64,000 nucleotides of DNA from Gammaproteobacteria bacterium (GCA_009844085.1 VYCF01000007.1:1746-65745); one strand, 5' to 3'; positions 31,573 through 41,759 are shown, counted from the stretch's first letter. Numbers and translations: made by a program. Notes: generated by a model not told the origin, from the letters alone.

Positions 31573-32591
31573 TACGCAGCCTCCCGGTCGGTTCTTTCAT
31601 CGAGTTTCGAATACGCCCGGATCACGTCGAGTATTCTGCGGGCGTGGCCGAGAGATTCGTGCCAGGCCAGAATCTTCAGCATGCGCGCGCCCGCCGGCAT
31701 GCAGCCTTTCAGATCGACGAGCAAGGATTTGCCGCAGCCGCGCACGTCGGACGAAACGATCGGGTCGCCCGTCGTTTCGATCAGTTCCGGCTGCGCCTGG
31801 GCGGCTTCGATGAACAATTTGCGCACGCTGTCGATATCCGCTTCGCGGTCTTTCAGCGACACGGTGATGTCGAGCATGGAGCCGGTCTGCACGGGAACGT
31901 TCAAGGCATAGGCGGTCATTCGGCCTTGCAATTGCGGCATCAGTTCCTGGATCCAGCGCAGGGCCGGGGTATCGTTCGGAATGATGTTCCTGGCGCCCGA
32001 ACGGCTGCGGCGATAATCCGCTCCCGCGTAGTCCTGCAGGCTCTGGTCGCTGGTATAGGCATGCACCGAAGTCATCGAAGCGTGTTCGATCGGATAGCGT
32101 TCCGACAGGATCTTCAGGGCGAGGGCGGTTGCAGTCGTCGAAGCGGAGCCTGCCGAGACGATGCGGTCCCCGCTTTCGATCTCCTCGTGATTGACGCCGA
32201 ACAGGATCACGCGATCGATCTCGTCCACCGGCAACATCGATGTGACGACTCTCGCCGCCCCGGCATCGAGATGAGGCGCGAGGTCGGCGCAAGAGCGAAA
32301 GCGTCCTGTCGCGTCGATGACGAAATCGACCTCGAACACGTCCCAGGGGATTTCACCGGGCTTTTCGGCGGACAACAGCCGGGTGCGCGAACCGGCGCTG
32401 ACAAGATTGTTGTCTTCCAGTTGCACTTCGCCGCTGCGGCCCATTTCCTTGTCGAGCAGATGCCGTAGAATATCGGGCCGGCCGATATCCGAAACCGCGA
32501 CGACCTCGAAGTTCTCGTCCTTGAGCGCGAGTTTGTAAATCTGTCGGCCGACGTGGCCCAGCCCCATCATGCCAATGCGAATCCGGCTCAT
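31572..32591 (-). CDS. GAPDH-family paralog lacking the catalytic cysteine
   Basis: ATG at 32589-32591 preceded by GGAGG. Rossmann motif GMMGLGHVGRQI. Collinear with gap by eye, but the SNASCTTNC position reads SAGSASTTA. VHAYTSDQ and RRSRSGARNIIP are retained. Its TAA stop overlaps the gap ATG (TAATG at 31570-31574). Confidence 0.8.
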   Translation of the reverse strand: MSRIRIGMMGLGHVGRQIYKLALKDENFEVVAVSDIGRPDILRHLLDKEMGRSGEVQLEDNNLVSAGSRTRLLSAEKPGEIPWDVFEVDFVIDATGRFRSCADLAPHLDAGAARVVTSMLPVDEIDRVILFGVNHEEIESGDRIVSAGSASTTATALALKILSERYPIEHASMTSVHAYTSDQSLQDYAGADYRRSRSGARNIIPNDTPALRWIQELMPQLQGRMTAYALNVPVQTGSMLDITVSLKDREADIDSVRKLFIEAAQAQPELIETTGDPIVSSDVRGCGKSLLVDLKGCMPAGARMLKILAWHESLGHARRILDVIRAYSKLDERTDREAA

Positions 32592-32717
32592 GCACACCTC
32601 CAGAGCGTTCCCGCGAAAGCGGGCATTGTAGAACGAATACAAGAAAAGACAAGGTTGTCAACGAGCATATTCGCACGCGCATTGTAGTATCACTGAAATT
32701 GAAAGCAAGGTGGTTTC

Positions 32718-33581
32718 ATGAAGAAATCGTATGCAATGCGGGAACTGACGCCGCAGACAAGCTGGGACGATACGCCGGCTCAGGCGCCCGCCGCAGAAGG
32801 AAGGCTCGATGTCGGCGGCGCCCGCATCTGGTATTGGGATACCGGCGGCGCGGGCGAAGCGGCAGTGCTCGTTCATCCTTATAGCGGCAGCGCTTTGAAC
32901 TGGGGTTATCAGCAGCCCGCTCTCGTTGCCGCCGGCTATCGCGTTGTCGCGTATTCCCGGCGCGGGCATCATGGTTCGGATGCCGGTTCGCCGGAGAATC
33001 CCGGCACGGGGGCCGGAGACCTGTACCAGCTTGTCGAGCATCTCGGCATCGGCCGGATGCATCTCGTCGGGCTTGCCGCAGGCGCCGACATCCTGCCTGA
33101 CTTCGCCATTTCCTGGCCGGAACGCTTGCTGAGTCTTGCTATCGGCTGCACGATCGGAAAGCCGGGCGACCCGGCCTGGTCCGCCTGCCAATCCGAATTG
33201 CTGCCGCCGGAAGTAAGGAATCTGCCGCGCTGGATCAGCGAACTCGGGCCGTCCTATCGCGCTGCCTGTCCCGAAGGCGTAAAGCGCTGGCGCGAACTCG
33301 AAGCCAGGTCCAGAACGCAGCAGGAACGTGTGCCTGTACCAGCCGAAAACGAAGTTACTCCGGAACTGATAGGGCAAATCGAGGCGCCCACGCTGCTATT
33401 CACCGGCGATGCGGATCTGTACATGCCGCCTTCGCGGCTGCGCGACTATGCCGCATATTGGACCGATCCCGAAGTCGTGCTGTTCACTGAGGCGGGGCAT
33501 TCGGTCTATTGGGAACAATACGAGGCCTTCAATGCGGTCCTGCTCGATTTCTTCCGGCGTCATCCAGGAGGCGATTCATGA
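32718..33581 (+). CDS. Alpha/beta hydrolase
   Basis: VLVHPYSGSALNW and the nucleophile-elbow context HLVGLAAGA. C-terminal EAGHSVYWEQ. Confidence 0.7.
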   Translation: MKKSYAMRELTPQTSWDDTPAQAPAAEGRLDVGGARIWYWDTGGAGEAAVLVHPYSGSALNWGYQQPALVAAGYRVVAYSRRGHHGSDAGSPENPGTGAGDLYQLVEHLGIGRMHLVGLAAGADILPDFAISWPERLLSLAIGCTIGKPGDPAWSACQSELLPPEVRNLPRWISELGPSYRAACPEGVKRWRELEARSRTQQERVPVPAENEVTPELIGQIEAPTLLFTGDADLYMPPSRLRDYAAYWTDPEVVLFTEAGHSVYWEQYEAFNAVLLDFFRRHPGGDS

Positions 33582-34213
33582 CGAACAGCGATTACTCCCG
33601 CATTCCGATGGTGGATACCGGCGACTTGAGTCCGGCTCAACAGAAGGTTTATGAGAAGATTGTCGGCGGCAAGCGGGGCAGGCTTGCGGGTCCCTTGCAT
33701 GTCGCCCTGCATGTGCCTGAACTTGCCGAGCGCTGGAGCGCTTTCGGAGAATACGTGCGATTCGAGGGCGAATTGCCCCAGCGGGTCAGGGAACTCGCCA
33801 TCATTTCCGTGGCGCGATTCTGGAACTCGCAAGTCGAATGGGCGATCCATTCCCGCATCGCCGCGAGTGAAGGACTCAAACCGGAAGTCATCGAAGCGAT
33901 CCGCCGCGGCGATGTTCCGGAGTTCGACGATGAGTTGCAGGCGCTGGTCTATGAATTCATGCGCCAGTTGCTCGAATTCGGCCAGGTTGCCGATGGCGCC
34001 TACCGGGCATTGCATGAACGCATCGGCACGGCGGCCCTCGTCGAACTTACCGGCGTGGCCGGCTATTACAGCCTCGTCGCCATGACCCTGAACGTTCACA
34101 AGGTGCCCGCGCCTGAAGACGCAGGTGCTGCCTTGCTCGACCATCCCGACGGAACAACCACCCGGCATCCCACCAGGCTGCCGCCTTGCAGAATCAGAAG
34201 GAGAAATTCGTAA
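33578..34213 (+). CDS. Carboxymuconolactone decarboxylase (AhpD-like) family protein
   Basis: ATGA overlap with the upstream stop. RELAIISVARFWNSQVEWAIHSRIA is typical of CMD-family helices. Confidence 0.65.
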   Translation: MTNSDYSRIPMVDTGDLSPAQQKVYEKIVGGKRGRLAGPLHVALHVPELAERWSAFGEYVRFEGELPQRVRELAIISVARFWNSQVEWAIHSRIAASEGLKPEVIEAIRRGDVPEFDDELQALVYEFMRQLLEFGQVADGAYRALHERIGTAALVELTGVAGYYSLVAMTLNVHKVPAPEDAGAALLDHPDGTTTRHPTRLPPCRIRRRNS

Positions 34214-34539
34214 TGGCTTACCTGTATCTCGCGGGAGCGATCGTCTTCGAAGTAACCGGCACCATGCTGTTGCCCGTTTCGCAGAATTTCACGCGCCTCC
34301 TGCCGAGCGTAGTGCTGATCGCGGCCTACAGCACCTCGTTTTACTTCCTCACCTTCGCGATCAGGGATATACCCATCGCCATCGTCTATGCGAGTTGGGC
34401 GGGACTCGGCGTTTTCCTGGTGGCGCTGCTGAGCCTGATGTTCTACGACCAGGCCCTGCCATGGCAGGCGATCATCGGCCTCGTTCTCATTGTCAGCGGC
34501 GTGGTGCTGGTGAACAGCTACAGCGGCGCACATCCATAG
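34213..34539 (+). CDS. SMR-family small multidrug-resistance transporter
   Basis: 108 aa with four TM helices and a conserved membrane Glu (AGAIVFEVTGT). AAGGAG lies upstream, and the start overlaps the upstream stop (TAATG). Confidence 0.85.
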   Translation: MAYLYLAGAIVFEVTGTMLLPVSQNFTRLLPSVVLIAAYSTSFYFLTFAIRDIPIAIVYASWAGLGVFLVALLSLMFYDQALPWQAIIGLVLIVSGVVLVNSYSGAHP

Positions 34540-34552
34540 CGCGACGGCCGCT

Positions 34553-35824
34553 TCAGAATCGGTCCGGCCGGAACGGCCGCAAGTCGATGGGCGGCGTCCG
34601 CCCGGCGGCCAGTTCGGATACGACGTCCGCGGTGATTGCCGACAAGCTCAAGCCGAGATGCTGGTGTCCGAAGGCGAAGATCGCATTGGGGTTGGCGGGC
34701 GAGGCGCCGATCACCGGCAACATGTCCGGCAGCGAAGGCCGGAATCCCATCCATTCGGAAAGCCTGCCCAATTCCAGCTCGGGCGCCAGTTCCCGCAGAT
34801 GCCGTTTCAGATCCTCGTGGCGCCTGGGATTCGGCGGCAGATCGAGACCGCCGAATTCGACGAGTCCGGCGATTCTCAAGCCGCAATCCATCGGCGTCAT
34901 GATGATTCTGCGTTCGTGGGATTCGATGGCGATGCCGCCGAGATTCGGCGCGCCTTCGGCGGTGACGTGGTAGCCGCGTTCGGTGTCGAGCGGAACGGCA
35001 TGACCGAGTTGCCGGGCGAGCGGCGCGGACCAGGCGCCGGCCGCCAGGATCAGTTTGCCGGCCTCGATTGCACCGGCTTCATGCCGCAGGACGAAGCCGC
35101 CATCGCCGGAGGATTCGATGTTCTCGATGCGCGCGCGCAACGTCAGCCCGCCGGCCTCGCTGTAGCGCTCGTGCAGTCCGGTACAAAGGCGATGCGGATT
35201 CAGCACATGGCCGGTGCGCGGCAATAACAAGGCGCCGGCGATTCCGCGCTTCAGAAACGGCGATTTCGACGCCGCCTCATCCGGTGCGAGCGATACGGAT
35301 TCGATGCCATGCCGCTCGAGCAGAAGCCGCTTGGCGTCGAGCGCGCGCAGTGATCTTCCCGATTCGGCGACGACCATGTGGCCTTGCACGCACAACAGGT
35401 CCGAAAGCCCCTCATCCCCGCAAAGCGCCTGCATCGAATCGAGCGATCCTTGCTGCAGGGACTTCATGGCTTCAATGCCGCGCCGAAACGCCGAAGGCCG
35501 CGAAGCCCAGGCGAACCTGAGCAGCCAGGGGGCGATCTTCAGCGCGTATTCCAGGCGGATATGCATGGGCGAGTTCCTGCCGAACAGCAGGCGGGGTGCC
35601 GCGAGCATCGTCTCGGGCGACGCCAGCGGGAAGATCTGTTCGGTGGCGATGTGGCCGGCATTGCCGAAGGATGTCGCCGACCCGGGAGCGAGCGGATCGA
35701 CGAGCAGCACCTGTTCGTGCTCGCGAACCAGGCGGCAGGCGATGGAGACGCCGATGATCCCGGCGCCGACGATCACGATCGTCTGTTTGCCGCCGCTCAG
35801 GTTCTGCTCTTCCGTTTCAGGCAT
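34553..35824 (-). CDS. FAD-dependent oxidoreductase (DAO/DadA family); candidate D-hydroxyproline dehydrogenase
   Basis: GxGxxG dinucleotide fold (IVIVGAGIIGVSIA...LLVD). DAO-family length. Operon context with the 4-hydroxyproline epimerase. Confidence 0.8.
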   Translation of the reverse strand: MPETEEQNLSGGKQTIVIVGAGIIGVSIACRLVREHEQVLLVDPLAPGSATSFGNAGHIATEQIFPLASPETMLAAPRLLFGRNSPMHIRLEYALKIAPWLLRFAWASRPSAFRRGIEAMKSLQQGSLDSMQALCGDEGLSDLLCVQGHMVVAESGRSLRALDAKRLLLERHGIESVSLAPDEAASKSPFLKRGIAGALLLPRTGHVLNPHRLCTGLHERYSEAGGLTLRARIENIESSGDGGFVLRHEAGAIEAGKLILAAGAWSAPLARQLGHAVPLDTERGYHVTAEGAPNLGGIAIESHERRIIMTPMDCGLRIAGLVEFGGLDLPPNPRRHEDLKRHLRELAPELELGRLSEWMGFRPSLPDMLPVIGASPANPNAIFAFGHQHLGLSLSAITADVVSELAAGRTPPIDLRPFRPDRF

Positions 35825-35845
35825 TCGGGGTTGCTTGCGAACGAC

Positions 35846-37648
35846 TTATCGCCCGGCCCCGGCGTTCTCGATGTATCGCTCGATCTCCTGCTCAAGCATG
35901 TCCATCGTCAGCCCTCCGCTCAGCAGCACTGCATCGTGGAAGTCCCTGATGTCGAAGTTCTCGCCGAGTTCGCTTTCGGCACGGCCGCGAAGTTCGAGTA
36001 TGGTCAATTCGCCGATCTTGTAGGCCAGCGCCTGGCCGGGCCAGGCAATATAGCGGTCGATCTCGGTGCGCACGTTGTGCAGCGACAACGCCGAGTTTTC
36101 AGCCAGATAGTCCTGCGCCTGTTCCCGGCTCCAGCCCTGGTAATGAATGCCGGTGTCGACGACTAGGCGAACCGCGCGCCACATCTCGTAACTCAGGCGC
36201 CCGAAATGATCGTAGGGCGTTTCGTAGATGTTCATCTCGATGCCGAGTTTTTCGGCGTACAGGCCCCAGCCTTCGCCGAACGCGTGCGGATAGAACGCGC
36301 GACGGAAATCGGGCAAGTCCTCGATCTCGTTACGAATCGACCCCTGGTGGTGGTGGCCGGGCACGCCTTCATGGGCCGTCAATGCGGCCAGGGTATAGAG
36401 CGGGCGTATGTCGAGCGCGTAGGTGTTGACCATGTAATAACCGCCGCGGCGGCCGCCGGCGGGTGCGCCCCAGTAACGGCCGGTGGTGTAATTCGGCGCG
36501 ATCTCGTCGGGAACGGGTTCGACGCCATAAGGCATTCTCGGCAAGGTGCGGAAGAATGCGGGCATCTGGCCGTCGATTTTCTTGGCGATCCAGGAGGCTT
36601 CCTTGAGCAATTGCTCCGGCTCCTCGACGTAGAATTGCGGATCGGTGCGCAGAAATTCGATGAAGTCCGCAAAACTGCCGTCGAACTCCAGTTGCGTGAT
36701 GATGTTCTCCATCTCGGCGCGAATTCGCGCGACTTCACGCAGCCCCAGTTCGTGGATCGCATCCGGCGTTGCATCCTCCCGCGTGGTGAAGAATCGCGTC
36801 AGTTCCTCGTAGTAGGCGCGGCCGTTTTCCAGTGCCGACGTCCCCAGGGTTTCCCGCGCGCCGGGAATGTACTCTTCGGCGAAAAAGTTCAGGAACCGCC
36901 GGTAGGCGGGAACGACCGTCCCGGCGATCGCCTGCCGGCCCGCCTCCCGCAATCGTTCGGCGGTGGCATCGTCGAATTGACCGGGCAAGCTTAAAAACGG
37001 CGTAAAGAAGACGCTCTCCTCGGGATCTTCGACGATCGAACCCGAAATCGAAGGCAGGATTCCCTCAAGGATCGCCCGCGGCTGGGTGAACCCATCGGCT
37101 ATCCCCTGGCGCATATTGGCGATGTTCTGGTCGAAATAGTCCCCTGTAGCCTGCAACCGCGCCAGATATCGCTCGTAGTCTTCAACGGAATCGAGCGGCG
37201 CCGATTCATACATGCGCTGCACGCTCATGTGGAATCCGTCGTCGCTGAGGATGGGGATGCGCCAGGGCCGATATTCAGCCAATTTCACGCGGTTTCCGAC
37301 GATGAATTCGAACAATTCATGGTTTGTGCTGTCTGCCGCGGACAAGGCTTCCCGGTCGATTCTCGCCAGCCGTTCGAGAAATCTCCTGTCCTCTTCCAGA
37401 TAGCGCTCTTGCGCGGCAGGCGAGACATCCGGCAGGAGCCCGTTGTAGTCCGTAACTCCCTGGTAGCTGGCGAACAGCGGGTCGCGCGCAAGCCGGCTGC
37501 GCCATTCGTCTTCGAACAGCGCGTGCAACTCCGCCGATGTCGTATCGGCCGCGGCGGCTTCGTTCGGGACTGCCGGCTCCCGGCTCTCAGGCGGCGCGCA
37601 GGAGAGCAACAGGATCGGGACGAGAACGAGCGGAAATAGCTGTTTCAT
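35846..37648 (-). CDS. DUF885-family lipoprotein (predicted metallopeptidase)
   Basis: ATG 37646-37648 overlaps the upstream stop (ATGA). Lipobox LLLSC. The family's HEGVPGHH motif is present. Confidence 0.8.
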   Translation of the reverse strand: MKQLFPLVLVPILLLSCAPPESREPAVPNEAAAADTTSAELHALFEDEWRSRLARDPLFASYQGVTDYNGLLPDVSPAAQERYLEEDRRFLERLARIDREALSAADSTNHELFEFIVGNRVKLAEYRPWRIPILSDDGFHMSVQRMYESAPLDSVEDYERYLARLQATGDYFDQNIANMRQGIADGFTQPRAILEGILPSISGSIVEDPEESVFFTPFLSLPGQFDDATAERLREAGRQAIAGTVVPAYRRFLNFFAEEYIPGARETLGTSALENGRAYYEELTRFFTTREDATPDAIHELGLREVARIRAEMENIITQLEFDGSFADFIEFLRTDPQFYVEEPEQLLKEASWIAKKIDGQMPAFFRTLPRMPYGVEPVPDEIAPNYTTGRYWGAPAGGRRGGYYMVNTYALDIRPLYTLAALTAHEGVPGHHHQGSIRNEIEDLPDFRRAFYPHAFGEGWGLYAEKLGIEMNIYETPYDHFGRLSYEMWRAVRLVVDTGIHYQGWSREQAQDYLAENSALSLHNVRTEIDRYIAWPGQALAYKIGELTILELRGRAESELGENFDIRDFHDAVLLSGGLTMDMLEQEIERYIENAGAGR

Positions 37649-38664
37649 ATCGATGAGCCTATTCCAAAGCGGAAAGGGTCCGAGGCATCGAGCCAAAGCG
37701 TACTTTGCCCGGTGATATAAGCGCTGCCGGTGAACTCCGGAATGATTCGCCCCTCGTGCAGGATAGCACGCGCCTCGAAAATCGACCCGGTAATGCTCTC
37801 CTGCCGCCAGACCTCGCCCGGGCCGATTTCGCCGTCCTCGATCAGGCAGGCCAGCTTGGCGCTCGTGCCCGTGCCGCAAGGCGAGCGGTCGTAGACGCCG
37901 CCGGGGCACAGGACGAAATTGCGGCTGTCGGCGCCCGAGTCTTCGGATGCGGGCCCGAACAATTCGACGTGATCGATCAATTCGCCTTGCGGGCCCCGAA
38001 TGCCCTGGCCGTCGAGTTCCCGGCGGACGATGCGGGTGAATTCGGTCAGGGTATCGACATTGTCGTACTCCAGCCGCTGGCCGTGTTCGGAAACGAGGAA
38101 GAACCAGTTGCCGCCCCAGGCGATGTCGCCGCGTATCTCTCCGAACTCGGGCGTATGCAGCGATTGCGCGCGGCGGTAGCGATAGCTGGGAACGTTGCCG
38201 ACGGTCACCCGGTTGCTGTCATGCAAGGTCACGCTTACTTCGCCGGGAGGCGTTTCGAGGCGATGCGTTCCCGGGCCGATGCGGTCGAGGAAGGCGAGCG
38301 TGACGGCGAGTCCGATCGTGCCGTGGCCGCACATGCCGATATAACCGACGTTGTTGAAAAAGACCACGCCGCCTATGTTAGCGGGATTCTCGGGAGGGCA
38401 AAGCAGGGCGCCTACCAGCACATCGGACCCCCGCGGTTCGTTCACGGTCGAGGATCGCAGCCAGTCGTGCCGGTCGCGAAGTTGCGCAAGCCGTTCCGCC
38501 ATCGCGCCTTCGCCCAGTTCCGGGCCGCCGGCGACGATCACACGCGTCGGCTCGCCGCCGGTATGCGAGTCGACTACCTCGAGGCTATGCTTTGCGGGAA
38601 TGTCCAGTGCGTTCAATTTCCGGGCCTGTGTAGCTGGTCTTTTATATCTGGGCGGAATATACAA
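37645..38664 (-). CDS. Proline racemase-family enzyme, probably 4-hydroxyproline 2-epimerase
   Basis: VVDSHTGGEPTRVIV, and the two catalytic Cys contexts MCGHGTIG and DRSPCGTGTSA. Confidence 0.85.
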   Translation of the reverse strand: MYIPPRYKRPATQARKLNALDIPAKHSLEVVDSHTGGEPTRVIVAGGPELGEGAMAERLAQLRDRHDWLRSSTVNEPRGSDVLVGALLCPPENPANIGGVVFFNNVGYIGMCGHGTIGLAVTLAFLDRIGPGTHRLETPPGEVSVTLHDSNRVTVGNVPSYRYRRAQSLHTPEFGEIRGDIAWGGNWFFLVSEHGQRLEYDNVDTLTEFTRIVRRELDGQGIRGPQGELIDHVELFGPASEDSGADSRNFVLCPGGVYDRSPCGTGTSAKLACLIEDGEIGPGEVWRQESITGSIFEARAILHEGRIIPEFTGSAYITGQSTLWLDASDPFRFGIGSSI

Positions 38665-38744
38665 TGTATGATCTGTTGTCGCGATGTGCGATCAATGACT
38701 GCCCGATGCCGTCCCCGGCGTTCGGCATGACAGGAGGGGGTTCA

Positions 38745-40379
38745 ATGAGATTCACGATCGGATTGCAAACCGCGCTCGCCGGCGCAGCCCTGGCCCTGCT
38801 TGCGGCGGGCGCCGGATTCGCCCAGGACGGGTTGCCCGACATTCCGGAACGCGACGAAGGCGAAGGTCCGTTCGAACGCCTGATTCTGCGCGGCGCCTAC
38901 ATGATCGACGGCACCGGCGCCCCCACCCAGGGACCGGTCGACATCGTCGTCGAAAACGACCGCATAGCCGAAATAGATGTCGTCGGCTTTCCCCGGCTCG
39001 AGATTGATCCCGACGACCGTCCGCCATTGGACGGCGGCCGGGAGATCGATGTTTCGGGCATGTACCTGCTGCCCGGCTTCATCGACACCCATCTGCACAT
39101 CCACTCGGAGCAGACCGGCCAGAACGTGCCGCCGGACTATATCCTCAAGCTCTGGCTGGCCCATGGCGTCACCACCGGCCGCACGGTCAGCGGCAGCCAT
39201 GGCACGCCCTGGGAAGTCGACGTGGCCGAAAGGCTCGCCGCAAACGAGATCACCGGCCCTCGCATCGAAGTGTATCCTGCTTTCAATGCCCGCGAAGCAG
39301 GGTCCATCAATACTACGGAGCAGGCCAGGGAACGGATTCGCCGGATCCAGGAGATGGGCGCTACCGGGGTCAAATTTTTCGGCGCGCCCGAGGAGATCAT
39401 GATCGCGGCACTCGACGAGGCAAGAGAGATCGGCCTCAACTCGACCATGCACCACGCCCAACTCGCGGTAAAACACGCCAACGTGCTGGACACGTCGGGC
39501 TGGGGCCTGCGCTCGATGGAGCATTGGTACGGTCTGCCCGAGGCGCTGTTCGAAGATCGCACGATACAGCACTACCCGGACGACTACGTCTATCAGAACG
39601 AGCAGCATCGATTCGGCGAGGCCGGCCGCCTGTGGGAGCAGGCGGCGAGACCGGGCAGCGACAGATGGAACGAGGTCATGCAGACCCTGCTCGACCGCGA
39701 CTTCGCATTGTCGCCGACCTTCACGGCGTATCTGACGAGCCGCGACTTCATGCGCACGAGCCGGGCGATCTGGCACGAGAAATACACCATGCCCGAGTTA
39801 TGGGAATTCTATCGTCCGAATCGCGACGCCCACGGCTCCTACTGGTTCTACTGGACGCTCGAGGACGAAATCGCCTGGCAGGAGAACTATCGCCTGTGGA
39901 TGGCCTTCATCAACGAGTACAAGAACCGCGGCGGCAAGGTTTCGGTCGGTTCCGATTCCGGCTACATCTACAATCTCTACGGGTTCGGCTACATCACCGA
40001 GATGCATCTGCTGCGCGAGGCCGGATTCACGCCGCTGGAAGTCATCCATGCGGCGACCATGGTGGGAGCCCAGGTAATCGGCATCGAGGACGAGGTCGGC
40101 ACGATCAGGGTCGGCAAGAAAGCGGATTTCGTCGTGGTCGAGGAAAATCCGCTGGCCAATCTGCACGTGCTGCATGGCACCGGCGCGATCAGGCTGAACG
40201 ACGACAACCGCGAAGTCGAACGGGTAGGCGGCATTCGCTATACGATCAAGGACGGCATCGTCTACGACGTTCCTGAACTGCTCGCCGGGATTCGCGCCAT
40301 GGTTCGCGCCAGGAAGGACGAATACGGCATTCCCGAGGGCCCCATGCCGATCGAAACCGTGCCCGCGCCAAACTGGTAG
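38745..40379 (+). CDS. Secreted amidohydrolase-superfamily protein
   Basis: ATG 38745 preceded by AGGAGGGGG. Signal peptide. Metal motif GFIDTHLHIH. C-terminal GSDSGY and KKADFVVVEENPL are typical of the amidohydrolase fold. Confidence 0.8.
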   Translation: MRFTIGLQTALAGAALALLAAGAGFAQDGLPDIPERDEGEGPFERLILRGAYMIDGTGAPTQGPVDIVVENDRIAEIDVVGFPRLEIDPDDRPPLDGGREIDVSGMYLLPGFIDTHLHIHSEQTGQNVPPDYILKLWLAHGVTTGRTVSGSHGTPWEVDVAERLAANEITGPRIEVYPAFNAREAGSINTTEQARERIRRIQEMGATGVKFFGAPEEIMIAALDEAREIGLNSTMHHAQLAVKHANVLDTSGWGLRSMEHWYGLPEALFEDRTIQHYPDDYVYQNEQHRFGEAGRLWEQAARPGSDRWNEVMQTLLDRDFALSPTFTAYLTSRDFMRTSRAIWHEKYTMPELWEFYRPNRDAHGSYWFYWTLEDEIAWQENYRLWMAFINEYKNRGGKVSVGSDSGYIYNLYGFGYITEMHLLREAGFTPLEVIHAATMVGAQVIGIEDEVGTIRVGKKADFVVVEENPLANLHVLHGTGAIRLNDDNREVERVGGIRYTIKDGIVYDVPELLAGIRAMVRARKDEYGIPEGPMPIETVPAPNW

Positions 40380-40391
40380 CGGGCCGGGCGT

Positions 40392-41756
40392 TTATCCGAG
40401 AACGCCGCCGACGAAGATCGCCGCGACAGCGAGCGGCACGACATAGCGAATCAGCGCGCGCCATACCTGGAAGGCAGGGCCGTCCGCAAGCCCGAGTTCC
40501 TCCCGGATTCCCTCCCGGCCGGCAATCCAGCCGATGAAGATCGACGTCAGGAAGGCGCCCGCGGGCAGCAGCACGTTGGACATGATGAAATCCAGGCTTT
40601 CGTAAATCGTCCTTTCCGCGAAGAGGCCGATGAACGAAAGCGGATGAAATCCGGCAAGCAGGTTGAACGAGAACACCGTTCCCAATCCAAGCGCCCACAT
40701 GGCAACTCCGGCCGCCAGCGCCGCCGTGGTATGGCTCACATCGAACCGGTCCCTCGTCCAGGCGACGATCGGAGCGAAATTGCTGATGCACGAGGTCATC
40801 GCGGCGGCGATCAGCAACAGGAAGAAAACGCTGCCGAAGAGCCTGCCTCCCGGCAGATCGCCGAAAGCGATGGGAAGCGTTTCGAATACGAGCCCTTCGC
40901 CCGAATTCAGCGGCAGGCCATGGGCGAACACGATCGGAAAGATCGCAAATCCGGCGAGCAGGGCAACCAGCGAATCGGCGCCTACCACGATGAAAGCGTT
41001 GCGCGGGATCGATGTCCGCCTGTCTAGAAATGAGCCGTAAGTGATGTGGACGGCCATCGCGATGCCCACGGAAAAGAAGGCCTGACCGAGCGCCGTGAGC
41101 ACCGCCTCGCCCGTAAGGCGGCTGAAGTCCGGTTCCAGCAGGAATCTCGCGGCGGCGCCGAAATCCCCCACCGCCGCCGCATAACCGACCATGACGACCA
41201 TGCAGGCGAACAGGGCCGGCATCAGCAGCTTCACGGCGCGTTCAATGCCGGCGTGCAGTCCGCGCGAGTTGATATAAACCGTCAGTACGCAAACCACGGT
41301 GTGCCAGAAAGCCAGTCTGGCGGGATTTCCCGTCAGTCCCGCGAATATCGCCTGCGATTCCGCCGCCGTAATGCGACTGAATCCGCCGGCCGCCCCTCGT
41401 GCGAAATAGTCCATGGTCCAGCCGGTGACCGTGGTATAGAAAAGCATCAGCATGAAAACCGCGAGCACGGCGATGCCGCCGACGCTTCCCCAGGCTCTGC
41501 CCGCGCCGGCCTGCGCCGCCACCTCGGCCAGGCTGCCCGAAGCCGAAGCGGTGCCGCTCCCGCGCCGGCCGATCGCCCACTCCGACATGACCAGCGGCAT
41601 GCCGATGCCGAAGGCGAACAGCAGATAGACCAGCACGAACGCCGAGCCGCCGTTTTCTCCGGCGAGATAGGGGAAGCGCCAGATGTTGCCGAGACCGACC
41701 GCGAATCCGACCGAGGCGAGCAGGAAGCTCAGCCGGGAAGACCAGTTTTGCGGCAT
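40392..41756 (-). CDS. Sodium-dependent transporter of the NSS/SNF family
   Basis: The hallmark N-terminus is present (SRLSFLLASVGFAVGLGNIWRFPYLAGENGG). About 11-12 TM segments. Confidence 0.9.
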   Translation of the reverse strand: MPQNWSSRLSFLLASVGFAVGLGNIWRFPYLAGENGGSAFVLVYLLFAFGIGMPLVMSEWAIGRRGSGTASASGSLAEVAAQAGAGRAWGSVGGIAVLAVFMLMLFYTTVTGWTMDYFARGAAGGFSRITAAESQAIFAGLTGNPARLAFWHTVVCVLTVYINSRGLHAGIERAVKLLMPALFACMVVMVGYAAAVGDFGAAARFLLEPDFSRLTGEAVLTALGQAFFSVGIAMAVHITYGSFLDRRTSIPRNAFIVVGADSLVALLAGFAIFPIVFAHGLPLNSGEGLVFETLPIAFGDLPGGRLFGSVFFLLLIAAAMTSCISNFAPIVAWTRDRFDVSHTTAALAAGVAMWALGLGTVFSFNLLAGFHPLSFIGLFAERTIYESLDFIMSNVLLPAGAFLTSIFIGWIAGREGIREELGLADGPAFQVWRALIRYVVPLAVAAIFVGGVLG

Positions 41757-41759
41757 GAT

